A stretch of DNA of 64,000 nucleotides. Source: an uncultured Candidatus Binatia bacterium (GTDB taxonomy: Bacteria > Desulfobacterota > Binatia > Bin18). Of this stretch, positions 52,084 to 61,442 are shown piece by piece. How positions within the stretch are numbered: the first letter of the stretch is position 1; each line of letters starts with the position of its first letter. The stretch spans positions 3,584,001-3,648,000 of the forward strand of contig OZ243961.1 in NCBI GenBank assembly GCA_965214605.1, in the 5' to 3' direction. The position numbers were made by a program, and so were the translations under genes. The notes under the pieces are model-generated. The model searched no databases and had not been told where the DNA came from. It saw only the letters and a program-made list of their open reading frames with translations.

Positions 52084-52743
52084 ATGGGTAAGACACACAA
52101 AGCGTCCGGCAAGAATCCCGCGTCACGCTCGGCTGTCAGCCGCCGCTCATTTCTGAAAGGGGCTGGCGTGGGAGCGGCGAGTTTAGCAGCGACCCAACTC
52201 GGACTGCCGACCCCGGACGCCGAACAGGCCCGACCCGACGAGGCGGTCGCCCTTGGCCCTGGTCCGGTTCCAATACGCTTCCACGTTAACGGCCAGACCT
52301 ATAGTGCTCGGCTCGAACCACGGGTGACCTTAGCCGACGCGCTCCGGGAGCATCTTGGGCTGAGCGGAACAAAAATGGTCTGCGACCGGGGCGCCTGCGG
52401 TGGCTGTACGGTGCTGCTCGATAACCAAGCGGTGGTGTCGTGCATGATGTTGGCTGTTGCCGCCCAGGGGAAACAGATTCAAACCGTCGAGGGTCTCGCC
52501 CAGGGTGACCAGCTTGACCCGCTTCAAGACGCCTTTATCGCCCATGACGCGCTCCAGTGCGGCTATTGTACGCCGGGGATGCTGATGAGCTGTAAGGCTC
52601 TTCTAGAGCACAATCCCACGCCTAGCCAGGCCGAAATCAAAACCGCGATCAGCGGGAATATCTGTCGCTGCGGGACGTATCCGCACGTCTTTGCCGCGGT
52701 CCTAGCGGCCTCGGGACAGCAAGGGGGAGACCATGGCCCGTAG
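52084..52743 (+). CDS. 2x[2Fe-2S] subunit with Tat signal (PaoA/YagT-like)
   Basis: SRRSFLK, CDRGACGGC..C, QCGYC..CRC. Confidence 0.93.
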   Translation: MGKTHKASGKNPASRSAVSRRSFLKGAGVGAASLAATQLGLPTPDAEQARPDEAVALGPGPVPIRFHVNGQTYSARLEPRVTLADALREHLGLSGTKMVCDRGACGGCTVLLDNQAVVSCMMLAVAAQGKQIQTVEGLAQGDQLDPLQDAFIAHDALQCGYCTPGMLMSCKALLEHNPTPSQAEIKTAISGNICRCGTYPHVFAAVLAASGQQGGDHGP

Positions 52744-55093
52744 CGTTCGGTTAAAAATCGGCTACCAAGATCACTTCACCACGGTCACCCGATCGATCCC
52801 CGATGACGAGCCCCAGCCGTGGGATGCCGACACCCAGCTGCGGGTCGTGGGCCAAGCGGTTCCCCGTGTTGATGCCCGGGGTAAGGTTACCGGCAGAGCC
52901 ACCTATACCCGCGATATTCGTCTACCGGGCATGCTGTACGGTGTGATCATCCGCTCGCCGTATGCGGCGGCTGAGGTCGGTGGGGTGGATACGTCCGCGG
53001 CCGAAAAAATGCCTGGCGTGCGGGCAGTATACGTCCTGGATCGCAATCGGGTGCGCTACCAGGGGCATGAGATCGCGGCGGTTGCGGCAGACAGCCAAGA
53101 ACAGGCTGCTGACGCGGCTCGGGCGGTTCGGATTACGTTTAAGCCCCGACCGTTTGTGGTGACATTTGACCAAGCCATGCGCCCCGACGCACCGGTGGTG
53201 ATGCCGGGCAGGGCTGCTGGAGGCGGGCAGGTCAAAGTGCAGACCGGCGTGCGTCCGGTTAGCCTAGCCTGGGCGGCCCAAGGACCAGCCCAGCAGGGGA
53301 ATATCGTTGGTCCGGCCCAGGGCTCGCTGTTTGGCAGAAACCGTGGCGATGTCCCACACGCCGTCCAGATCTCTGATGCCGTTGTTGAGCAGGAGTTCCG
53401 CACCCCGGTTCAGACCCACAGCTGTCTGGAGACCCACGCCGCGGTGGCCTATTGGGAAGCCGCCGACCGTTTAGTTGTCCACTGTGGGGCCAAGTCGGTT
53501 ACCCGCGCTCGGGCAGAGCTAGCTGACTACTTTGGGCTGTCCCACGTGCAGGTGCAGGTCCGCAATGACGTCATCGGCGGTCACTTTGGCACCAAAGCCT
53601 CAGCCCTGCCATACTCGGTTATCGCTGCTCAGCTGGCAAAACAAGCCAAACGTCCAGTCAAGATCGTCCTGTCTCGCCAGGAGGAACACCTCGTTGGTGG
53701 CAACCGTCCCCAGAATCGGATGCAGGTCCGGGTGGCCGGTATGCGGGATGGAACCCTGGCCGCGGTCGAGTTGGTGAACCACGGCTCGGCTGGAGCGGGT
53801 TTTGGCGCGGGTGCGGCCGGGCCGTTTTTCAGTATATACGATTGCGCCAATGTGGCGGCGGACGATTACGATGTGTTGATGAACACCGGCCCGGCCTGTG
53901 CCTTTCGAGCTCCGGGTCATCCGCAGGGCGCGTTTGCCCTTGAAGTGGCAATCGACATGTTGTGCGAGCGCTTGGGCCGAGATCCGGTCGAATTTCGACT
54001 CCACAACAGCTGTAAGCGTACCCCCTGGCGGACCGAGGAACTGCGCATCGGGGCACAGCGTATCGGCTGGACCAGCCGCCGCAATCCGCTACCGGGGGCG
54101 ACCCAGGGACCTATCAAACGCGGTATCGGGGTGGCCAACAGTGTCTGGTACAGCGTCTACAACCCCGGCGCTCAGGTTGAAGTCCAACTCAACAAAGACG
54201 GTAGCGTAGTGGCTTTCACCAGTACCTCGGCACCGGGCGCTGGCTCTCGAACAATTATTGTCCAGGCCATTGCCGAAGAGCTGGGACTAGAAGCCGATCA
54301 GATTGAGGTCCGTCTGGCCGACGCCGACTATCCCTACTCCCCGGCGCCCGGCGGCAGTAAGCTTACCTCTACCGTCACCCCGCCCGCCCGCCAAGCCGCC
54401 TATCGGGTCAAACAGACGCTGCTGCGCGGGGCGGCGCGACGTCTCGGAGTTGGCGTCGAGACCCTTCGCCTACAGCCGGGGGGGACAATTGTGGCCGAGT
54501 CGGGCGAGCGACTGGACTGGAAACAGGCCTGCGCTCTACTGCCTGGCGGCAAGACCGCCGCTCTGGGCGAGCGGCTGGACGATTATGGTGGACCGGCCGT
54601 GGCTTTTTCGCGCTTATCTATGGGCCATGATCTGATGGCCGGCGTACAGTTTGCCGAGGTGACGGTCGACGAACGCCTGGGACAGTTGACGGTCGACAAG
54701 ATTGTTGCCGTTCAGGACTGTGGTCGGGTGTTTAACCCGTTATTGGCCGAGAGTCAGCTCCAGGGCGGTGTTATCAACGCTTTGAGCTTCGGCCTGTTTG
54801 AAGAGCGGGTTATGGATGAACTGGAAGGTCGGATGCTCAACCCCGATTTTTTGTTCTACAAACTCGCTGGTTCACGCGAAATGCCACAGCTCGACACGGT
54901 TTTGCTAAATGTCTACCAGGGTCAGACGAGCACCGACGCCCGTAATCTCGGCGAGCCGGCAAAGGTAGCGACCATTGCCGCTATCGTCAACGCCATCTAC
55001 AACGCCACTGGCGCGTGGATTACCGAACTGCCGATTACCCCGGCCCGATTGCTCACCGCCCTGGCCGCGCGCGACCGGCGTTTGCAGACCTAG
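52733..55093 (+). CDS. Xanthine-dehydrogenase-family Mo-binding subunit (PaoC/YagR-like)
   Basis: KVTG.A.Y, GGHFG, AFRAPG, QDCGRVFNP, LGEP. Confidence 0.93.
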   Translation: MARSVRLKIGYQDHFTTVTRSIPDDEPQPWDADTQLRVVGQAVPRVDARGKVTGRATYTRDIRLPGMLYGVIIRSPYAAAEVGGVDTSAAEKMPGVRAVYVLDRNRVRYQGHEIAAVAADSQEQAADAARAVRITFKPRPFVVTFDQAMRPDAPVVMPGRAAGGGQVKVQTGVRPVSLAWAAQGPAQQGNIVGPAQGSLFGRNRGDVPHAVQISDAVVEQEFRTPVQTHSCLETHAAVAYWEAADRLVVHCGAKSVTRARAELADYFGLSHVQVQVRNDVIGGHFGTKASALPYSVIAAQLAKQAKRPVKIVLSRQEEHLVGGNRPQNRMQVRVAGMRDGTLAAVELVNHGSAGAGFGAGAAGPFFSIYDCANVAADDYDVLMNTGPACAFRAPGHPQGAFALEVAIDMLCERLGRDPVEFRLHNSCKRTPWRTEELRIGAQRIGWTSRRNPLPGATQGPIKRGIGVANSVWYSVYNPGAQVEVQLNKDGSVVAFTSTSAPGAGSRTIIVQAIAEELGLEADQIEVRLADADYPYSPAPGGSKLTSTVTPPARQAAYRVKQTLLRGAARRLGVGVETLRLQPGGTIVAESGERLDWKQACALLPGGKTAALGERLDDYGGPAVAFSRLSMGHDLMAGVQFAEVTVDERLGQLTVDKIVAVQDCGRVFNPLLAESQLQGGVINALSFGLFEERVMDELEGRMLNPDFLFYKLAGSREMPQLDTVLLNVYQGQTSTDARNLGEPAKVATIAAIVNAIYNATGAWITELPITPARLLTALAARDRRLQT

Positions 55094-55125
55094 ACGGAGC
55101 GGAGTACGTCTGGATAGGAACAGGT

Positions 55126-56193
55126 ATGGACGGTTTTACCTATATACAGGCCGAGACCCCGGCCGCGGTAGTGGATGCTCTGGCCCGCTATCCGCAGGCT
55201 GTGCTTAAGGCTGGAGGGGTCGATTTGCTCGATTTGATGAAGGAGCGCATTGTGACCCCGGCCGCGGTTATTGATATCAGCCGGGTGGCGGAGTGGAGCG
55301 GGATCACAGTCGACCCACAGACTGGGACGCTCCGGCTTGGAGCGCTGACCACCCTGGCCCAGCTCGCGGGCGACTCCCAGACACAAAGCCATTGGCCAGC
55401 CCTCAGCCAGGCCATGGCCAGCGCGGCAACTCCTCAAATCAGAAATATGGCCACCCTGGGCGGCAATCTGTGTCAGCGACCCCGCTGCTGGTATTTTCGT
55501 CAGGAGACCTATCCGTGCCGTAAAAAAGGTGGGGCAACATGTTTTGCCCAGGTCGGCGAGAATCGTGATCACGCGATTTTTGCCAACTACACGTGTACCA
55601 GTACCCACCCCTCGGCTGCAGCCATCCCCCTCCTAGCGTATGATGCCGAGGTGGAGATTTTGGACCAGACCGGAATCCAACGGAGTCTCCCGCTAGCCCA
55701 ATTTTTTGTCTCTCCCGAACGCGACGTACAGCGGGAGCACATTTTGCAATCGACCGAGTTCCTGACCGCTGTCACTGTCCCCAGACCGCTTGAGGCGGAC
55801 GGGAGCGCTTACCTGAACTTTAAACACAAATGGTCGTTTGACTGGCCGATGGTTGAGGTTGCGGTAGTCTTGCATCGGGAGGGCGTGGAGGCGAACGACG
55901 ATGCTCACTCGAGCAAGAAGAGCTCGTCGTCTCCCTTCGCAGTCAGAGATGCCCGGATCGTGCTTGGTTCGGTCGCGCCCGTCCCGTTTCGGGCTCAGGC
56001 TGCCGAGCTTGTCTTGGAAGGCCGGGCGGTTGATGCCGATTTGGCTCGCCAGGCCGGTCAGGCCGCCATCCGTGGGGCAACGCCGCTGGCGCAAAACGAG
56101 CACAAAGTGACCCTTTTGGCTGAGCTAGTCCGTCGGACCGTCCTGAAAGCGGTGGACCAGCTGGCGGCCCAAGACGAGGTGATGCCCGTATGA
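55126..56193 (+). CDS. FAD subunit with a [4Fe-4S] insert (PaoB/YagS-like)
   Basis: AGGVDL, QIRNMATLGGNLCQRPRCWYFR..C.KKGG..C, HPS. Confidence 0.93.
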   Translation: MDGFTYIQAETPAAVVDALARYPQAVLKAGGVDLLDLMKERIVTPAAVIDISRVAEWSGITVDPQTGTLRLGALTTLAQLAGDSQTQSHWPALSQAMASAATPQIRNMATLGGNLCQRPRCWYFRQETYPCRKKGGATCFAQVGENRDHAIFANYTCTSTHPSAAAIPLLAYDAEVEILDQTGIQRSLPLAQFFVSPERDVQREHILQSTEFLTAVTVPRPLEADGSAYLNFKHKWSFDWPMVEVAVVLHREGVEANDDAHSSKKSSSSPFAVRDARIVLGSVAPVPFRAQAAELVLEGRAVDADLARQAGQAAIRGATPLAQNEHKVTLLAELVRRTVLKAVDQLAAQDEVMPV

Positions 56194-56420
56194 CCGAAAA
56201 AGAGCCCTTTCAATTCAATCCAACTCGCACCCTAGGCTCACCGTGCCGATTTTTACGCATGCAGAGCGCCTTCCGCCTGGGGCCGACCGAATATGACGAG
56301 ACGACTCGTTTCTGGTGTGTCCGGGCCTTGGATAACTGCGGACCCGACGGAACGGCCGTCCACGCTGCTTGGTGCCAGGCTGGTAGAGACTGTTATGAAC
56401 CGCCGCCGACTCCGATCTGA
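56190..56420 (+). CDS. Small Cys-rich protein coupled to the molybdoenzyme operon
   Basis: ATGA overlap; PCRFLR, FWC, CGPDG, WC..GRDC. Confidence 0.65.
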   Translation: MTEKEPFQFNPTRTLGSPCRFLRMQSAFRLGPTEYDETTRFWCVRALDNCGPDGTAVHAAWCQAGRDCYEPPPTPI

Positions 56421-56477
56421 GGTCGGTCCTTAGAGGTCCCGCTGACGTTTCAGCGCTTCCCTGCTATACTGCCCAGT

Positions 56478-58058
56478 GTGTCGCCCTCCCGGCCCCCTGC
56501 CCGGCCGCTCTCACATTCCGGTCTGGTCCGCAAGGGCCGTCCGATCGTCGCTGCTACCCTGCTGAGCCGGCCGTTGGGTTTCGTCCGCGAAGCCGTCCAA
56601 GCCGCTCTGTTTGGCGCCTCACGGCTCACCGACGCGTTTCTGGTTGCCTATAACGTGCCAGAAATGATCCAAACCCTATTTTTTAGCGGCGTGCTGAGCA
56701 ATTTCTTTGTGCCTGTCATTACCCGCTATAGAAACCGGGCGGCCGATCTGAATAAAATTTTTAGTCTGGCCTTGAACGGCGCCTTTGGAATCGCCCTGGT
56801 GTTGGCCGGCGTGTGTTATCTGGCCGCTCCGGCCATCCTCACCGTCGCTGCGCCAGGTCTGGCTGGAGACGATCACCGCCTGGCAGTATTCTTGTTTCGG
56901 TTGATGCTGCCGATGCTGATCCTGCACTGTCTGCTGGCCGTGGTCAAAGGAACGCTGAACAGCTTAGATCATTATGCCATGCCCGAATACGCCGGGGTGT
57001 TTTTCAATCTCGTAATGATCGTGTGTGCCCTGAGTCTAACCGGTTCGTACGGTATTAGCAGCCTGGCTATCGGGGTTGTGGCCGGCAGCCTTGTCCAGTT
57101 GGTGGTTCAAATTCCGGCCCTGGCCCGAGTCGGAATTCGCTATCAACCAAGCTTCACCTTTCGCCATCCAGCTCTGCGTGAGATGGGTGGGTTGGTACTG
57201 GGAGCGTTTATTGCGACCGCGGTCGTGCCGATCAACGCCTTTATTGCCCGTGCCCTGGCCTCAACCCTGGCCGAGGGCAGTATCTCGGCCCTGGCCTATG
57301 CGTTCCGTATCTTCTTGCTGCCGGTGAGTCTGTTTGCCGTGCCGGTGTATACTGTGCTGTTGACCGACCTGTCTGCTGCTCATAATGCAGAGGGGGCCGA
57401 GCAGGAATTTAAGGACAAAGCCACCGCTGGCTTATCCTTGCTGTTTGCGGTGGCCTTACCGGCCACCGCAGTTATCATCGGCCTAGCTACGCCGATCACC
57501 CGCCTGCTGTACCAGCGGGGCCAGTTTATGCACGAAGACGTCGTGTTGACCAGCCAGGCGCTCATGGCTTATGGCATTGGCATTGTTACTTATGGCACTA
57601 GTCAGGTCATGGTCCGGCTGTTCAACGCCACCAAGGACACCCGTACCCCGGCGCTCGTCGGCCTGGCCTCGGTCGGCCTGAACGCTCTTGGCGGCTGGCT
57701 GCTAATGCAGGTCTGGGGCCACTGGGGCATTGCGTTGATGATCTCGCTGGCCTCGGGACTAAACACGCTGATTTTGTACGCCATTTTCCGCCGCTGGCGC
57801 GGCCCACTGAACGAAGCTTTGCTAGTCCGCCGGTTGGTTACCCACTTCCTGCTAGCCGCGGCCTTAGGGACGTGTCTGTTCGTTCTGAGCCAAGGGCTGG
57901 CCACCGCCCCGGGGTCGCTGATGACACCGCTGCACGTGGGACAGCTAGCCGCAATCCTTACGGTCGGGAGCAGCCTGTACCTGGTCTTGGGATTTGTGTT
58001 CAAAGTGGAAGAAGTGCAACTGCTGGGGCGGATAATCAGACGAAAGGTTGTGAGGTAG
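56478..58058 (+). CDS. murJ: Lipid II flippase MurJ
   Basis: LLSR.LGFVRE, DAF.VAY..P, YA.RI..LP, DTRTP; extended -10 TGCTATACT just upstream. Confidence 0.9.
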   Translation: MSPSRPPARPLSHSGLVRKGRPIVAATLLSRPLGFVREAVQAALFGASRLTDAFLVAYNVPEMIQTLFFSGVLSNFFVPVITRYRNRAADLNKIFSLALNGAFGIALVLAGVCYLAAPAILTVAAPGLAGDDHRLAVFLFRLMLPMLILHCLLAVVKGTLNSLDHYAMPEYAGVFFNLVMIVCALSLTGSYGISSLAIGVVAGSLVQLVVQIPALARVGIRYQPSFTFRHPALREMGGLVLGAFIATAVVPINAFIARALASTLAEGSISALAYAFRIFLLPVSLFAVPVYTVLLTDLSAAHNAEGAEQEFKDKATAGLSLLFAVALPATAVIIGLATPITRLLYQRGQFMHEDVVLTSQALMAYGIGIVTYGTSQVMVRLFNATKDTRTPALVGLASVGLNALGGWLLMQVWGHWGIALMISLASGLNTLILYAIFRRWRGPLNEALLVRRLVTHFLLAAALGTCLFVLSQGLATAPGSLMTPLHVGQLAAILTVGSSLYLVLGFVFKVEEVQLLGRIIRRKVVR

Positions 58059-58060
58059 AG

Positions 58061-59624
58061 ATGGCGACATCAACAGCGAAAAGCTCCGAGTCTTCCAACC
58101 CAACCCGCTATTTGGCTCATGTCAACCGCGCTGACAATGGCTTTGCTCTCCACGATTTGGACGAACACCTGCGCGGTGTCGGGAAACGTGCGGAAGAGTA
58201 CGCTTCCGTTTTTGGTAGTGAGGATTGGGCGCGGATAGCGGGGATATGGCATGATCTGGGAAAATATAGCGAGGAATTTCAACGACGGATCAAGTCTGTA
58301 TCTGGTTACGATACTGAGGCGCATCTTGAAGGTCAGGGGAGACGCGTTGATCACTCGACTGCCGGCGCACAGCCATGCAATATCCCAATTCGGGCTGCGT
58401 GGACGGATTTTGGCCTACCTCATTGCCGGCCATCACACTGGCCTACCAGATTGGCACACAAGTGAGACTGCCGGTGCAGCCTTAAAAGCACGGCTGGATG
58501 ATGGCAGCCGCCTCAAACGGACGCTGTGTCAACCAATCCCCCTGGATATTCTTTCACAGCCTAAACCTGAGAGTGATTTACTGGGAAAAGCCGAAGGCTT
58601 CGCCTTGTGGATACGCATGTTATTTTCCTGTCTGGTAGACGCGGATTTTTTGGATACCGAAGCATTCATGGACACGGGAAAAGCTGCGCAGCGTAAAGAC
58701 AATCTAACGATTCCAGACTTGTTGTCGCGTTTTGATACCTTTATGGAGGAAAAATTTTCAGAGGTCCCCCATACACGGCTGAACCGTATTCGTGCCGCTG
58801 TGCTTCGGCAGTGTCGTGACAAGGCACACGAAGCACCTGGACTGTTTTCTTTGACCGTTCCCACAGGCGGGGGCAAGACGCTGTCGAGCCTCGCTTTTGC
58901 TCTGGAGCACGCGAGGTATCACGATAAACAGCGGGTGGTCTATGCAATTCCCTACACTAGTATTATTGAGCAGACCGCTGACGTTTTCCGCGACATATTT
59001 CCTGATGCGATAGTTGAACATCATAGTAATCTCGACCCCGAAAAAGAAACGGTGAAAAGTCGCCTGGCGGCAGAGAATTGGGATGCCCCTTTGATCGTGA
59101 CTACTAACGTTCAGCTTTTTGAGTCGCTGTTTGCCTCCAGAACTAGCCGTTGCCGCAAGTTGCACAACATCGCGAATAGTGTGGTGGTACTCGACGAGGC
59201 GCAGCTTCTGCCGCCCGAGTTCTTACAACCAATTCTCGACGTTATGAATCTGCTCGTGCGCTACTACGATGTCACCTTTGTAATATCGACCGCGACCCAA
59301 CCGGAGTTGGGTAAGCTGGAAAGTTTTCAACAGAAGAAGATCCGTGGTCTTGATGGGACGCGTGAAATCATCAACGACCCGGATAGACTCTATCGTGATT
59401 TGGATCGCGTCACTTTTTCAATGCCAAAAGACTTCCAGCAAAGGCAGAAATGGGACACTATCGCTCTCCAGATTCAGCAACATCCTTCCGTGCTAGCGGT
59501 GGTCAACTCGCGTACAGACGCACGCGAACTCTACCGGCGTATGTCTGAAGGGGCGATTCATTTATCAGCCCTCATGTGTGGAGAGCATCGCTCGCGTGTC
59601 ATCGCCCATATCAAACGGCGGTTG
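58061..59624 (+). pseudogene. cas3: Type I-C Cas3 (HD nuclease-helicase), frameshifted and 3'-truncated
   Basis: YLAH, HL, WHDLGK, DHSTAGA | +1 shift near 58373 | GHH.GLPD, LVDAD.LD, VPTGGGKT, DEAQ, STATQP; ends at EHRSRVIAHIKRR. Confidence 0.93.
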
Positions 59625-59890
59625 CCGAGCGTCTAGCATTGACCCTGATTAACCGTCGGCAGATCACTGCCACACATTTTGTCAGGCGTCCAGGCGGGGC
59701 TGTGTCCCTGACCGACGACGGACGAAAAGAGGTCATTGTCGCGTATCAGAAACGCAAACAGGAAGAAGTCCAGCATGCTGTCCTGGAACAGAAAGTGCAG
59801 GTTGGGATGATTCCCCATGTCCAGGCCCGTTTACTGGCACGGCTATTGCGCGGAGATATAGAAGATTACCTGTCTTTCATGTACCATTAA
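59618..59890 (+). pseudogene. cas1: C-terminal fragment of type I-C Cas1
   Basis: AERLALTLINRRQ..GAV.L..DGRK..YQKRKQEE..H..QARLLAR.LRGD...Y. Confidence 0.9.
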
Positions 59891-59919
59891 GTGGTGGGCC
59901 TGACCTGAAAGTTGAAAAT

Positions 59920-60211
59920 ATTCAGGTCTTAGTCGCCTATGATGTGGCAACGGAAAAGGACGCTGGCAAGCGACGGCTGCGGAAGGTCGCACAGGTGGTA
60001 TGCAAGAACTTCGGCCAGCGGGTACAGTATTCTGTCTTTGAATGCACGGTCAATTAGGTGCAGTACGAGCGCTGGTTCAGGAGCTTGTCAGGTGTATCAA
60101 CGAAAAGGAGGACAATTTGCGGATTTATCGGCTGCGAGAACCAAAAGAGCAATATGCCGGCACTTTGGAGTGAACTCTTTGGTCAACTTTGATGACCCGC
60201 TCCTAGTATAG
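59920..60211 (+). pseudogene. cas2: Cas2, inactivated (ATT in place of start, TAG at 60055, frameshifts)
   Basis: VLVAYDVAT..AGKRRLRKVA..C..FGQRVQYSVFEC, then DNLRIYRL and FGV..FDDPLLV in shifted frames. Confidence 0.9.
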
Positions 60212-60453
60212 CAACTATCCAATAAAACGGTCGGGGATTAAAACAAGCAAATACCTAAACAAACGCCTGAGCGCGAACCTGGAGCAATGGCGTAGAAGCG
60301 GAGAGGATCGCGTTGGTTGTAAGCGCTGAAATAATAACGATTTTCTCGTTTTCCTTAATTCCTTCTGGGTAGATGTCAGACCTGTCAGAGAGAGGATCGC
60401 GGAAACGAGGAAAAACCCCTAAGCAGATCAAAGGCTTGGGGGAGGAGCCACAT
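60212..60453 (+). promoter_or_regulatory. CRISPR leader
   Basis: Non-coding, partly AT-rich, GCGCGAACC...GAGGATCGCG elements typical of I-C leaders; between cas2 and repeat 1. Confidence 0.7.
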
Positions 60454-60630
60454 GCATCTGGTCTTCGGGCCGGATGAGGATTGAAACGACGTGAAAGATG
60501 GTAACCCCAACGGTGACCCGCTACAGGCATCTGGTCTTCGGGCCGGATGAGGATTGAAACTTGGTGTTGCCGATCGCGATGGTCCGCCGCCCGCCCGCAT
60601 CCGGCCTCTGGGCCGGATGAGGATTGAAAC
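60454..60630 (+). CRISPR. Type I-C CRISPR array: 3 repeats, 2 spacers
   Basis: 34-nt cores at 60454, 60527 (GCATCTGGTCTTCGGGCCGGATGAGGATTGAAAC) and 60597 (GCATCCGGCCTCTGGGCCGGATGAGGATTGAAAC); hairpin plus ATTGAAAC handle; intervals 39 and 36 nt. Confidence 0.93.
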
Positions 60631-60640
60631 GCCGCGTTGC

Positions 60641-61429
60641 TCAGGCGTGTAAAAACTCACGGACCAGCCGGCTAAAGGCGTTGGGCTTTTCCAGTGGTGG
60701 GCAGTGTCCACACTCGGGCAGGATCTCTAAGCGCGCTCCAGGAATCGCCTGCTGGTAGCGGTGGCCACACTCGAGTGGCACAATTTGATCGTCACGTCCC
60801 CAGATAACCAGGGCTGGCATGCGCAGCCGGGGTAGGAGGCTCGGTAAACTGCGATCATACATATAGGGTTTCCAGCAGTAGCGCACCGCGGTCTCTTGGT
60901 TTTGGACCAGAATATTACGCTCTTCCTTAGACGGTTTATGGCCGAATAGCTCTTCGTATTCGGGCACCTGTTTGGGCTCAAAATACGTCAACTGGCGCGT
61001 GCCCTCTAACCCATGTAGAAAAATATCGGTAATCTCGCCCTGCTGGGGTTGGATGCCGGCCGCATCAACGAGAATCAGTTTGTTAATCAGCCTGGGGCTC
61101 ATGACCGCCATTTCGGCCGCCAGCCAGCCGCCGATAAAGTGGCCGCCGACCGCCGTTTTCTCTAGCCCCAGTTCCTGGAGCAGCCATAGCGAGAAGCGCG
61201 CCAAGTCGATGAAGCTCTCGACCCAATCCGGTCGTTCAGACGCGCCAAAACCCGGCAGGGTCGGCGCGTAGACGGTAAAATGCTCAGCCAGCTGGCCGTG
61301 ATAACGGCGCCAGCCCAGGCTACCCTCACTACTGTGGAACATCACCAGAGGGTCTCCCCGCCCGCCCTTTAAGAGCTGAATTTTCGCTCCGGAAACCTCA
61401 ACGAACTCTTCTTGGTATGGTGTTGACAT
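60641..61429 (-). CDS. Alpha/beta fold hydrolase-like protein (LLM-associated)
   Basis: PGFGASE, GHFIGG at the nucleophile elbow, WG.DD, CGH. Confidence 0.88.
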   Translation of the reverse strand: MSTPYQEEFVEVSGAKIQLLKGGRGDPLVMFHSSEGSLGWRRYHGQLAEHFTVYAPTLPGFGASERPDWVESFIDLARFSLWLLQELGLEKTAVGGHFIGGWLAAEMAVMSPRLINKLILVDAAGIQPQQGEITDIFLHGLEGTRQLTYFEPKQVPEYEELFGHKPSKEERNILVQNQETAVRYCWKPYMYDRSLPSLLPRLRMPALVIWGRDDQIVPLECGHRYQQAIPGARLEILPECGHCPPLEKPNAFSRLVREFLHA

Positions 61430-61442
61430 GGGTCTCTTCTCC

